64,000 nucleotides of DNA from the human T2T-CHM13v2.0 reference genome, Homo sapiens (GCF_009914755.1 NC_060947.1); one strand, 5' to 3'; counted from the stretch's first letter, positions 12,875 through 31,263 are shown. Translations and numbers: made by a program. The notes: generated from the letters alone by a model not told the origin.

Positions 12875-13777
12875 GGAGGAGCCAAGATGGCCGAATAGGA
12901 ACAGCTGCGATCTACAGCTCCCAGCGTGAGCGACGCAGAAGACGGGTGATTTCTGCATTTCCATCTGAGGTACCGGGTTCATCTCACTAGGGAGTGCCAG
13001 ACAGTGGGCGCAGGTCAGTGGGTGCGCGCACCGTCCGCGAGCCGAAGCAGGGCGAGGCATTGCCTCACTCGGGAAGCGCAAGGGGTCAGGGAGTTCCCAT
13101 TCCTAGTCAAAGAAAGGGGTGACAGACGCACCTGGAAAATCGGGTCACTCCCACCCGAATACTGCGCTTTTCCGACGGGCTTAAAAAACGGCGCACCACG
13201 AGATTATATCCCACACCTGGCTCGGAGGGTCCTACGCCCACGGAGTCTCGCTGATTGCTAGCACAGCAGTCTGAGATCAAACTGCAAGGCGGCAGCGAGG
13301 CTGGGGGAGGGGCGCCCGCCATTGCCCAGGCTTGATTAGGTAAACGAAGCAGCTGGGAAACTCCAACTGGGTGGAGCCCACCACAGCTCAAGGAGGCCTG
13401 CATTCCTCTGTAGGCTCCACCTTTGGGGGCAGGGCACAGACAAACAAAAAGACAGCAGTAACCTCTGCAGACTTAAATGTCCCTGTCTGACAGCTTTGAA
13501 GAGAGCAGTGGTTCTCCCAGCACGCAGCTAGAGATCTGAGAACGGGCAGACTGCCTCCTCAAGTGGGTCCCTGACCCCTGACCCCCGAGCAGCCTAACTG
13601 GGAGGCACCCCCCAGCAGGGGCACACTGACACCTCACACGGCAGGGTACTCCAACAGACCTGCAGCTGAGGGTCCTGTCTGTTAGAAGGAAAACTAACAA
13701 ACAGAAAGGACATCCACACCAAAAACCCATCTGTACATCACCATCATCAAAGACCAAAAGTAGATAAAACCACTAAG
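12875..13777 (+). promoter_or_regulatory. L1 5'UTR bidirectional promoter (CpG-rich, YY1 site)
   Basis: YY1 motif caagatggcc at 12883-12892; most extended CpG-rich stretch in the window; ~903 bp to ORF1 ATG. Confidence 0.85.
13107..13322 (-). CDS. L1 ORF0, intact 71-aa antisense ORF
   Basis: ATG (cat at 13320-13322) gives MAGAPPPASLPPCSLISDCCASNQRDSVGVGPSEPGVGYNLVVRRFLSPSEKRSIRVGVTRFSRCVCHPFL, recognised as primate L1 ORF0; expression not shown. Confidence 0.85.
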   Translation of the reverse strand: MAGAPPPASLPPCSLISDCCASNQRDSVGVGPSEPGVGYNLVVRRFLSPSEKRSIRVGVTRFSRCVCHPFL

Positions 13778-14829
13778 ATGGGGAAAAAACAGAACAGAAA
13801 AACTGGAAACTCTAAAAAGCAGAGCGCCTCTCCTCCTCCAAAGGAACGCAGTTCCTCACCAGCAACAGAACAAAGCTGGACAGAGAATGACTTTGACGAG
13901 CTGAGAGAAGAAGGCTTCAGACGATCAAATTACTCTCAGCTATGGGAGGACATTCAAACCAAAGGCAAAGAAGTTGAAAACTTTGAAAAAAATTTAGAAG
14001 AATGTATAACTAGAATTACCAATACAGAGAAGTGCTTAAAGGAGCTGATGGAGCTGAAAACCAAGGCTCGAGAACTACGTGAAGAATGCAGAAGCCTCAG
14101 GAGCCGATGCGATCAACTGGAAGAAAGGGTATCAGCGATGGAAGATGAAATGAATGAAATGAAGCGAGAAGGGAAGTTTAGAGAAAAAAGAATAAAAAGA
14201 AATGAGCAAAGCCTCCAAGAAATATGGGACTATGTGAAAAGACCAAATCTACGTCTGATTGGTGTACCTGAAAGTGACGGGGAGAATGGAACCAAGTTGG
14301 AAAACACTCTGCAGGATATTATCCAGGAGAACTTCCCCAATCTAGCAAGGCAGGCCAACGTTCAGATTCAGGAAATACACAGAATGCCACAAAGATACTC
14401 CTTGAGAAGAGCAACTCCAAGACACATAATTGTCAGATTCACCAAAGTTGAAATGAAGGAAAAAATGTTAAGGGACCAGAGAGAGAGACCAGCCAGGAAA
14501 AAATGTTAAGGGACCAGCCAGAGAGAAAGGTCGGGTTACCCTCAAAGGGAAGCCCATCAGACTAACAGCGGATCTCTTGACAGAAACCCTACAAGCCAGA
14601 AGAGAGTGGGGGCCAATATTCAACATTCTTAAAGAATTTTCAACCCAGAATTTCATATCCAGCCAAACTAAGCTTCATAAGTGAAGGAGAAATAAAATCC
14701 TTTACAGACAAGCAAATGCTGAGAGATTTTGTCACCACCAGGCCTGCCCTAAAAGAGCTCCTGAAGGAAGCGCTAAACATGGAAAGGAACAACCGGTACC
14801 AGCCACTGCAAAATCCTGCCAAAATGTAA
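13778..14829 (+). pseudogene. L1 ORF1p, frameshifted
   Basis: MGKKQNRKTGNSK... open to 14509; 40-bp insertion at 14475-14514 and 5-bp deletion near 14635; native stop at 14827-14829. Confidence 0.95.
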
Positions 14830-14892
14830 AGACCATCGAGACTAGGAAGAAACTGCATCAACTAATGAGCAAAATGACCAGCTAATATCATC

Positions 14893-18707
<3,815 letters not shown>

Positions 18708-19794
18708 ACAATGAGATCACATGGACACAGGAAGGGGAACATCACACTCTGGGGACTGTTGTGGGGTGGGGTGGGGGGGAGGGGGGAGGGATAGCTTTGG
18801 GAGATATACCTAATGCTAGATGACGAGTTAGTGGGTGCAGCGCACCAGCATGGCACATGTATACATATGTAACTAACCTGCACAATGTGCACATGTACCC
18901 TAAAACTTAAAGTATAATAAAAAAAAAAAGCAGAATGGAGGTAACAGATGAAAGGTTAATTTAACTTGACGACTGACCAATGGAAACAACACAGAAAAAA
19001 AAAAATCACTGGTTAAAGAATGTATAAAGCCTCAGTAACCAGTTAGAGAATACGCAACAGTCTAACATAAGTGTAACTGTAATCCCAAAATAATAAAAGA
19101 CAGAAAATGGGAGAGAAAAATAGTTGAAGATAAAGTGGCTGAAATTTCCCAAATTGAAACAAAAGCATAAATTTTACAAATTTAAGATGTCCAAATCATC
19201 AAGTAAAGTAAGCATGAAAAAGGCCATTCCAAGGCAAATCATAGTCAAATTATTGTCATCCAAGGATAAAGACCAAATCTCAAGAGCAGTAAGAGAAAAG
19301 CAATATTATATGTATGTGTGTATATATGTATATATATATATATGAAATAATTATATTAATTCTCATCAGAAAATATAGAGGCAAAAATTGAGTAGAAGAA
19401 TATCTTTAAAGTACTGAAAGAATAAAGCAAAACATTAACCCAGACTTCCACATGCAGTGAAAATATTCTTTAAGAATTAAAGAAAAATAGTGACATTTCA
19501 AGTAAAATGAAATAGAAGCTACAAAATTTGTCAGTTGCAGAACGTCATTATAAGAAATGATAAAATGAGTTCTTTATGCTGAAAGGAAATTTTGACAGAT
19601 GAAAACTGAGATTTTCAGAATAGAATAAAAAGATTGAATATTATACATATCTGAATAAGTATCAAAACATTTTTTGCTCTTTTCACTGTAATTTTTTTGT
19701 AATTCATGCGATTGCTAAAGTAAAAAGTATGGCATTGTCTTATGGGATTAATATCACATTTAGGTGTAATAAATGTAACAATAATAGTATAAAG

Positions 19795-19995
19795 CAGGGG
19801 TAGGCAAACTTATTGTATAAGGGACCAGATAATAAATATTTTAGGCTTTGCAAGTCACATGGTATCCCTGTCACATGTTCTTTGTTTTTGTGTTTATAAT
19901 CCTTTAAAAACGTATAAACATTCTTAGCTCAAGAATTATACAAAAACTGGTTGCAAGACAGATTTGGCCTATAGGCCACAGTTTGCTAACCCCTG
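19795..19995 (-). mobile_element. MER58 hAT-Charlie MITE
   Basis: TIRs 'caggggtaggcaaac' / 'gtttgctaacccctg'. Confidence 0.8.
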
Positions 19996-20487
19996 GCAGA
20001 TACCCATATGGAAAACCAAAATGAACCTTTACTATTACCTCACATGATACTCGAAAATTAATTGAAGATAGATCATAAAGCAAAAGTATACACTAAAACT
20101 ACAAAGCTTCTAGAAGAAAATGTAGGAGAACATCTTTATGACACTGGCAATGACAAAGATTTCCTGGACAGAACACAAAATGCACTAATCATTTAAACAT
20201 GGATAAACTAAACTTTATGAAATTTAAAAATGCCCTTCGAAAACACCATTCAGGAAATGAAAACACAAATCAGTAACAAAAAAAAATTCACGATGTTTAT
20301 ATTTGACAGAATATTATATTTGGAATATATAAAAACTCTTAAAAATCAATAACAAAAAGACAATCCAATAAAAATAGGCAAAGACGAGCATATACTCCAC
20401 AGAGGAAGAAATATGAATTGACACTATACACTTGTACTCAGCATTATTTGTCATCAGGGAAGAGCAAAGTAAAACCACATTAGGAGG

Positions 20488-20724
<237 letters not shown>

Positions 20725-22294
20725 TGAAAAGTGAATGAGAACTCTCTGTACTATCTTTAAAATTTTTATCTAAATCTAAAGTTATTTCAAAATAGTTTTT
20801 AAAATTATATTCTACCATATACTCACCAGAATACTGAAATAAAAAATACCAACAACACCAAATATTGGCAAGGACATGGAGCAAATGGAGTTCGACTTTC
20901 CTATGTCACAGGTGGGCATGTAAAATTGTACAAACCTCTTCAGAAAACATTTGAAAACTTCTTAAAAATTAAGCCTATGCCTACTCTCTGACCCAGCAGC
21001 TAGTTTCCTAGATATTCCCCACTAGGAACTAAAAACATTTGTCCACAAAATGACTTGCACGTAAATGTTCATAGCAACAATATTCAACATAGCCCCAAAT
21101 CAAAAATAACCAAGTGTGGCATATTCATACAATGAAATGTTACTCAGTAATAAGAAACAATAAATAACGAATATATACAATGACACAGATAAATCTCAAA
21201 AATGTTATGTTAAGTAAAAAAAAAAAGATAGACACAAAAATGCATAGTGTATGCTTCCATGCATAAGAAGTGCAAGAACTGGCAAAACTAATCTGGGGGA
21301 ATAGCAAACAGAACAGTGGTTGTTGATGGGTGTAGAGATTGACCGGGAGAAAACACAAGATAACTTTTCAGAATTGTAGTCATGTTCTATATCTTTACTG
21401 AGGTTGTGGTTATATAGTTATATACATTTTTGGAAATTCATATATTTTACACTTAAGATATGTATATTTCACTATATGTAAATTTCACTTCAATATTAAA
21501 AAGACAGAAAACATAATCTCAAGGAGGCAAAATGGATTCCTCACAGTTGTATTTTAAATCCATGCAGGTGCCTTCAGATCTAGATTCCACTGTCTCAACA
21601 AACACCTTTATACTAGATAACTGATACTCCAACAATAAAAATGAACAATTCCATACTCTTAGCACTTCAAGTTCAGTATCAAATGTATGAAAGACCAACT
21701 CACTGTATCTGTTTCTCTTCTTCTTTCTTCAGATGCAGATCTCAGATATATTTTCAACTACGAATAGAATGTGAGTTCTTCATGGAACACTTCGACTTTG
21801 CTCTCCAACTTATCCAGGCCATATTCCCAATGGCAAGAATTATAAATGCATTTCAACCACCGCATTGGGTTTATAACATTTGAAGGAAAGGCCAAATAGG
21901 GAACTGTCAAGCTTTTGCTGGAGAACCAAAACAGTAAGACAGGCACAAGATATTGTACCCCAGTGCTTAGCCTGTCGTGTTGTAACATAACTAAAAGCTA
22001 TTTTTCACTCGCTTTGCTTTAATTACCAAGGGTTTTGGTGTTCTAAATTGCTACTGTCCAAGCATCCCCTGATATAGCTGTAGTCCAAGAAGTTGAAGGG
22101 GTCCTAAGGGAATTAAGGGAATACAGCTGCAGCCCCCAACAAATACCTCAAATCCTAAAATATGCAAACTCTACAGAATGATTGATGGTATATTCTCAGT
22201 ATTACTTCAAACTTCATAAAGTGCTTGCAAACACAATTATCACTTCAGCTACATCCTCCCTGCTTGTGAACTTGCTGAAAAAATCTGCTTCTTA

Positions 22295-22525
22295 ATAATA
22301 GCAGCTACCATTTGTTAAACACTTTAATCAAGCACTGCTGTGTGTTGTTTTGTTTGATCCTCCCACAATAACCTTATTACATAAGCATTACTACAATGAT
22401 ATCCACTGCCAGATGAAAAAACTGAGATACAGAGAAGTTAGAAGTCACACAATTAGCAAGTGTCAGAGCTGAGATTTCAACTGATTGCCTGACAGCGGCA
22501 CTCTCACTCAAACAGTAAGCTATGC
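22295..22525 (-). mobile_element. MIR SINE
   Basis: 'cagatgaaaaaactgagatacagagaagtta', 'agtcacacaattagcaagtgtcagagctgagatttcaa'. Confidence 0.75.
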
Positions 22526-23604
22526 TGCTTTCTTGCTAAATCTTTATCATGCCCATAGCTTGGGTTTGCCTACAAAAAAAAGTTTGAGCCATGAATACAG
22601 CCCTTGACATTTTATTGACCATGACAGAGGAAAAAAGGTGGCACATGATCACACTTACGAAATTGTTTCAAGGAAAGAAAAAGTAGAGAATCACAAGGAC
22701 AATCTAGTTATGAAAATATTTACCTGAATAGTCTCTGTAATCATTGTAGAGCAGGCAAGAGAAATAATAAGTTATTGCCCAGGGACTCCATCCCCTGAGC
22801 ATTCAAAAAGACAAGAACTCCTTCACAATTGAATTTATAGCCATTAAATGTTTTCATTGCAATGTTTGCTTTCTTATTCAAGTGACTGACTCCAGTTGGA
22901 AATATTTGGGGACCTCAAGATAAAGCCTTGATGGGAATGTGGCATGCCTTACAAAGTGTTACAAAAAGCAGGTCCAGGATATGAGACTTTATTTCTTCTT
23001 AGGCAATACACTGAGGTACCTCTGGGTCCAGCTCTTAAAAGCTAATGCTTCCGTTCTCAAGTAGGCAGTGGAGCCACTGTTTTCTCAGAATAAGAAGATA
23101 CTTCTTTCAGTTTGTGTGACATTTGTGAAGAAGAATTTTTCAAGTTTTCCTGAACACTTTTCCATATTTGTTGCAATAATAGAAGACTATTCAAATTAAC
23201 CTCATCCATTCAGGTATTTAACATCAATATATTCACATTCAGAGATAAAAGGAACTTTTCTATCTGGAGAGCTTCTTATTAACTGTTCTTATCTGGTCAA
23301 ATTTCACTAGTCAGACCACAGGAAGTTGTAGATCCTAGCACTGCCCGGATATTGGACTTTCTCCCACATCTCTGCCTGGGAACTGCCAGCTGAGTTATTG
23401 CTGTCGGAGAAGTATGCAGTGTGTCTGGGCTTTGGGGTTATCTGATCAGCAGAGGCATCGGTGAGTAAAGTTTATTTTTTCCCCTAGCCAAAGAATTATA
23501 AACTCTGAGTATTAGGCCCGGAATAACCTAAAAGGTCATCTTGTCCAACTTCTAGTCAATGTCTGCATCACTTGAACAGCACATTTAGGCTCCTGGAATA
23601 ATAA

Positions 23605-23830
23605 TAGAGTAGAAATAAACTTGAGTGCTTACTGTATACCAGAGATGATGCTTTATACATAAACTCATTTAATATTCATAATATCAATCTGAATCAGAAA
23701 TTATTTTGTAGATAAGAAAACTAAAGCTCTGAAATGTTAGACGTTTTGACCAAGTCCACATGGAAGTGGCAGGGCCAAGATTCAAACCCAGGTCTGTCTG
23801 CAGAGCCCACACTTTTAAACACCACATTGT
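23605..23830 (-). mobile_element. MIR SINE
   Basis: 'ttttgtagataagaaaactaaagctctg', 'gccaagattcaaacccaggtctgtctg'. Confidence 0.75.
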
Positions 23831-24185
23831 TCTTCATAACTCAAATATCTGGGAAAACTCTGTCTAATATTCCATCGTGTTGTTTCTAAAAGTTGACTCA
23901 TACTTGTCAGAATACTCATATCAGTGTCAGATTCAGAAAATTTAGTTACCATGCTTCTTCCTTCTTATTTAACCCCTTCCTCTCCCACCAATAGCAACAA
24001 ATCTACTTTTATTTTTAATATTAGCCCTGTATTCCATGGTGAGAAAAAAAACTGTTGGTTAGCAGAAACATAAACCTGGTCATCAAATCATGAAATTCAA
24101 AGACAAAATAAAAGCCTTTCTTGAAAGAAAACAGGAAATTAAGAACTAAAGATAAACCTGCAATAACCATTAATAAGTAAGCAGC

Positions 24186-24437
<252 letters not shown>

Positions 24438-24505
24438 TCACTGGGTTCCATAACAGAGAGTGACAAGAATTATTTGTCTGGCTTGTTTAAAGTTATTTGT
24501 CTTCA

Positions 24506-24818
<313 letters not shown>

Positions 24819-26318
24819 TCATGTCCCCTTCTGCTTGTTAGATGGTGGCCTCTTCTAGGGCAGGAAGTATGTCTTTATCTCTGTTTCCTTTCAAGTATCT
24901 ATACATTTCTCTTTCCAACATTTATTGTGCACCCTTACTGTTCTTAATACTGTACTGAGTACTGGATACACATGAAAAAACACAGTCTCTGACTCAGTCT
25001 GGTGGCAAAACAGATCTCTAAACCAATAGCTGCAATTTAATAAAGAGTGTTCTAATATCCAATAAAAGTACGCTCAGAGTGTTGTAAGAACATAGCAGAT
25101 AGCACAATGTCATGTCATGCACATTGCAGGTGCTTAATATCCATTTGTCCAATTTAATTTACTCAAAGAGAAGAAGAGCTTAGCTCAATAGAAGGGAACT
25201 ATGACCTACGTGATAGATCAAGGCCACGACAAGTATCTAAAACCAACTCTCTCTCAGTTCAAGTTCCTTTATGTCTCACACTTAATTCCCCAAATTAAGA
25301 CCAGCATACACAGAGTGTTCCAGCTATTAAAATGCAGAACCCAATTTTCTATCCTTAAATGTTTTTACTCCAGGATTTCACTCTGCAAGTGTAATATTGT
25401 ATTATCATATGTCCCAGAAATAAGTTGTAAGTGGGTTGGAACTGACAACAGTGATAGAAGTGATGGAACCCAAACTTTCCTGTTAATACCGGTTAAAGTT
25501 TCAGAGTTAGAGAGGGTGTGGGCAGGGGATGTTTACCATGGGTAGATGAAAACTGACAAGATAGAAGATATATGCAGTTAAGAGCCTCTGAAAACAGGGA
25601 ATAGACAGTTGTGTAATGCTGGCTGGCTGGAAATAGAAAGTAAATAACTGGTGTTGCCAGCACAAGTAAACAGCAAACAGGAATAAGTCATCAGTGAGCA
25701 TTTGATGAAAACCAGTTATGGAAGTAGATTAGGGGTTATTTTGAATAGTTATTAGGAAAAATGTCTGGGTGAGGTACCAATGGGAAAAGAAAAGATCTGG
25801 AATCACTGCAGGAAAAAAGAACTGGACACGCATGTGATCTTTTTATCTCCGCTCTCTGCCTCCCTCTGTACCCGCTCTGTGCTCATGTTTCTTTCCTTTA
25901 TTGCCCTGATCCTTCTCTTTGCGTCATAATTTCCATCAAACAAGTATTTATTAGTGCCTCCTATGAACGGAACATTGTGCCATATAAGGAGATAAATGAT
26001 ACAGGGTTCCTGCCCTCAAAGAACTAACAGTCTAGAGAGGCAGATAAATATGTACTTTTTATATGGAATTAACTACAATTTAATGATGAAAGTGGCATGT
26101 GCTCTAACAGAGGGGAAAAGAAAAACAAAATACTGTGAAAGAACATTGGTGAAAGATATTAATTCTGACTCGGGAGAAGGGCATCTTGAGGAGATTAAGC
26201 AAAGACAAAGAATGGCTAGAATTTTAATAGAATAAAGGTAGGTAGTCATTCTTGTCAGAGGGATTTGAGAAAAGTCATAAAACGTGGCATGTTTGAGGAA
26301 TGGTGGGAATGGAATATG

Positions 26319-26432
26319 TAGGGAGAACAATGCATCCTAGCTTGCCAGGGATTTCCCAGGTTTTAGCACTGAAAGTGCTGTATCCTGGAAAACTTCTTAG
26401 TCCTGTGCAAACAGGGATGATTGGTCACCCTA
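26319..26432. mobile_element. MER94/MER81-like hAT-Blackjack MITE
   Basis: TIRs 'tagggagaacaa' / 'ttggtcacccta'; 'cccaggttttagcactgaaagt'. Confidence 0.7.
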
Positions 26433-27164
26433 AATATGCATGGGACATTGGGCATATGCATCATAGGGAGTAAAAAAAATGAAGGGAAAACCAAAGATCA
26501 GTGAAGACAACCCATAGGAAATTAGGTTGAAGACAGGACATGAAGAGTACCAAATGTCAGGCTAAGAAGTCATGACTTGTTTTTACAGGCAGTTGACAAT
26601 GAAACAGAGGTTTTGGATAGGGGAGTAGTATAATGAAAACATAAGATTACTCTGGCAAAAATGTCCAGGGCAGATGAAAGGGGTAAAAAACTAGTTTGGA
26701 GCCTATTTTGAAAATCCTTGCAAAAGACACACAGAAGACTTTGACAAGGAAATCTACAATGGGAATGGAGCAGAGGAGCCATAGCGAAGAGACAGTGCAG
26801 TGGCAAAAATCACTGAACCTTACTGACTAATATGGGAAATTGTAGAAAGGAGGGATGATGACAATGTTTTCCAACCTGGTTTATTGGGAAAATTGAGGTG
26901 CCATTAGCAGGAATAGGGAAGTAGCAATGATAGTTTTAAATGGAATGGTGACAAGTTTATTTTAATTTAGTTTCCAACAATCTGGGGTTGGGAAGCCAAA
27001 TAAACACGTGATTCATGAGCTAAAGAAGATGTCTGACCTCTAGTTATAAGCTTTGGGAGACATGAGTATAAGAATTAGACTCAGATATAAGTTTAATTAT
27101 ATATGAGAGGTCAGATATGACCATCTATGGAAAGAGTAAAGTTACAGAAATTAGTAAGAAATAC

Positions 27165-27530
27165 ATGGTGGTCATTAGAGCCTGTTACAGGTACTCCAGT
27201 TCTCACCTCCTTCCAGGTACATAACAACATTGCCATGTGATTGCTTTTGCCAACTAAATGTCAGTAAAAGTGACTTATTCACATCCAGGCAAAAGCTTGA
27301 AGAAGCCATACAGAATTCACTGTGCTTCTTTTATCCTGCTTCAGCAATCATTAAAGCAGGTGTCAAGAAGAATCCCCTATTCAGTCTGGGTCCTTGGGTC
27401 ACTTCAATGAGCGGAGACAAATGTCATTACTATGTAGCATGAGCAAGAATTAAACCTTTGTTGTTTCAAGCCCCTCAAAGTTTAGGGGCTGTTTGTTGCT
27501 ATAGAGTAAGCTAGCTTATCTTGAATGCCA
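27165..27530 (+). mobile_element. MLT1 (MaLR) solo LTR
   Basis: 'tgtagcatgagcaagaattaaacctttgttgtttcaagcccc...tgtttgttgctatag' MLT1I/J-like 3' half. Confidence 0.7.
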
Positions 27531-30311
27531 CTGAAAACTTAGAAATACATACATTTAGAAGTTAGAAGAAAGAGGGAACTGACAAGTGACTCTTTCATGG
27601 GGATGGCGCAGAAGAGCCATACTGAAGAGAGAGTGCAGTAGCAAAAGTCACTGAACCTTGGTGATTTTACAGTAAAGTATACAATTTACAGTAAAAGAAT
27701 AAGCAGAGGTGAGAAGTACATAAAGCGAAAATGAATCTTAGAAGACAAAAGAAGAAAAATATTCAAGAAGTGAAGGTAGTAAGTAGTGTTAGATGAAATG
27801 AATCAAAGACTGAAAAAGAACATTGGATTTGGTCATTAGTAGTACATTGGGTTACTTTCTAATAAGTTCAGTTGTGTGACAGAAACAAGCAAGGGATTGA
27901 GAAGTTAACAGGGAGTGTGTAAATGGAGTTAATTAATGAGGGTAATCATTTTTAGAAATTTGGTAAAGAGAGAAAATTCCTTAAGCAATGTCCTACCTTC
28001 CGTTGGATAAGCATGGTTTTTTCTCTCTCTTTCCATCTCTTTGCTTACTCTGCTTCCTCCATATTATCCTGGTTCTCTTCTTCTAGATCTGCCTCTTCTC
28101 TGTCCTGCCTTCTCTATGCCCCTGTGTCTCTTTGCCTCTTTTTCCCTATGATGGCATGATAACTCTTACAGCTGGACAGAGTGGGCCTAGTTCAGCCTGT
28201 GGTCCAATACAGGAGACTCCTCTATTTTACTGCTGATCAGACTGAAATTAAATGTTGTATCACTGAAGGAGTTAGCTCACTAATTCATGGAACTGCCTAT
28301 CCCGTAATTGTCAGATAAATCTAGCTATCTAGACAGAAAACTTGTCTCCTACTCAGCTGAACTCTGCCTCCCTTTAACTTTTTCTCAGTCCTAATTCTAC
28401 GCTCCCTATACCACACCAGAAATGTTACTCTCTTTTGTACCTTGTACTTGATATTCATGCTCTCTTTTCTCTTTGCCCATTCCTTATCCTCACCTTTCCA
28501 TTGTCTCAGAGATGACCCTCAACTATAAAGAAAATATTAATTTTCTTATTAATAGCCTCAGTTTCATCAAGTGGTTGAATAAATGGGCCTTCTAAAAATA
28601 TACATAATTTAGATATAGATATATAGATATACTTTTATGAAGAACACTAAATTTGTAACATTGCAAACAACTTACGTTAAAGTGTATTTTCAACTATTCT
28701 GTGTATGTGTGTGTGTGTGTGCAGTGAGTCATATAAAGAAGTGCTAGCCTTCTTGTTTTGAAAAAAGAAGAATTTTTAAGTTTGCAAGGAAAGAGTTAGA
28801 TTGAGTATTTTAAAATCATCATATTCTTTTCTTCACAAACAAAACAATTAAGTTTTTAACTTTTTTTTACTTATATATGTCCACTGACTTATATGTGGGA
28901 GTTGGGTCAGTTATGCTCAGTAGTAAAAAGCTTCTTATACCTAATTTAGATAACTTCTAGAATGATAAATCCATATGGCTCAATTAAGAAAATAAAGGAG
29001 CTTGGCGGACATCACTCAGCCATGCACCCTCTTAAACTTTCCTTTGTATTTCTGTCCAACACTGAATCCTTAGCTTGAATAGGCTATTGCAATGCTCTTA
29101 TGAGGGCTTATTGTCAAGAATACAGAGATGGTGGGAAATCAGTTCCAATGCTTAAAAACACTGTTTATAAAGCACTTCTCTGACTGAATGTTTTTCCCAG
29201 CTTTGGAGAGTAAGGAAAGGTGTAAAAATGCAACTACTGAATTCCTAGGCTCCCTTACACCTTAAAGAGAGGCAACAAGCTTGACTTCGGTGAAATCTTA
29301 GTTGTATTCCTTCTTCCAGAAACAACAGTCTTGTGTTTGCATATCTTTATAATTTTCACAGCATTTCCCCGACCATTATCTTGTTGGAATTTCACAATTC
29401 TATGAAGTAAGAAAGGCACGTAGTTTTCCTTATTCTATAGATTACGAAACTGCTGCTCCCTTGGGCCACATAGCAAGCAAATGGTTAATCCAAAACTAAA
29501 ATGTCCTTACTCATTACTCATTCCTATGATTCACACTGGTTCTTTGAATAATAATTCAGTTACATGGTAGTATAGTTATGCTTGGCAAGGATTGCATGTG
29601 ATTCCACAAAAAGCAAGACCCTTAGATGGCACAGAGCTGCCCTTGGCACATCCCTGACTCCTCTTCCTGGTCACATCCCTTTCTAAGTTCCTTGAGTTTT
29701 ATGACTAGATCTTTGGTTTCTGCTGTATCTCTTACCTTCTTGTGCCAAAGAAACTGTTCTCTAAAAACAGCAGATGCTCAAGACCTGAAGTACAACTGGA
29801 AGCAAAATAATTTTGATTTTGTTACCTAGGCAAAGACAAGGGAAATGTTCTGTTTAGAATTTGAGTTACTTGCCCTTGTATCTAACAGCTTATAACATCA
29901 TTCTGGGCCAAGTAAATGCCTTGGCAGGTGTGGAAATTTCTTTGAAGAGCTCTACCTCACCTGAATCTCTTATTATCGATATGGAATCAGGTATAGTCAC
30001 GCAAACAAATCTCGATTTTAAAATGCCCCTTTTAATACAAAGAGTCTGTAGGAGGGTATGGTCCTACCTTTTCAAGTATGACTATTATGAGTAAGAGGAG
30101 GAGCTAAAAACAAGGTCTCTTTGACAATAAAGTTTTCCCTAACCACAACTATGAGAAGATTCAAAGGAATACAGTTAGACTAGCATAAAACATGTCTTCC
30201 TTTCCTGCCCTGGTGAAGTTCCCCCTTATCATTCAGCCCTGAACTTTCTCCAGTCCCATCTTAGGATTACATCACATTTGTCATACCTTTCCTTTTATCT
30301 TTATAGAAAGG

Positions 30312-31263
<952 letters not shown>

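Larger units (their letters stand above)
25930..27965 (-). mobile_element. L2 LINE with nested MER94 and MLT1
   Basis: Antisense 3' end 'catcaaacaagtatttattagtgcctcctatg', long purine-rich body. Confidence 0.65.

Noticed and set aside
21641-21988. 80-aa and 76-aa ORFs in unique DNA
   Set aside because: No recognisable domain; length expected by chance
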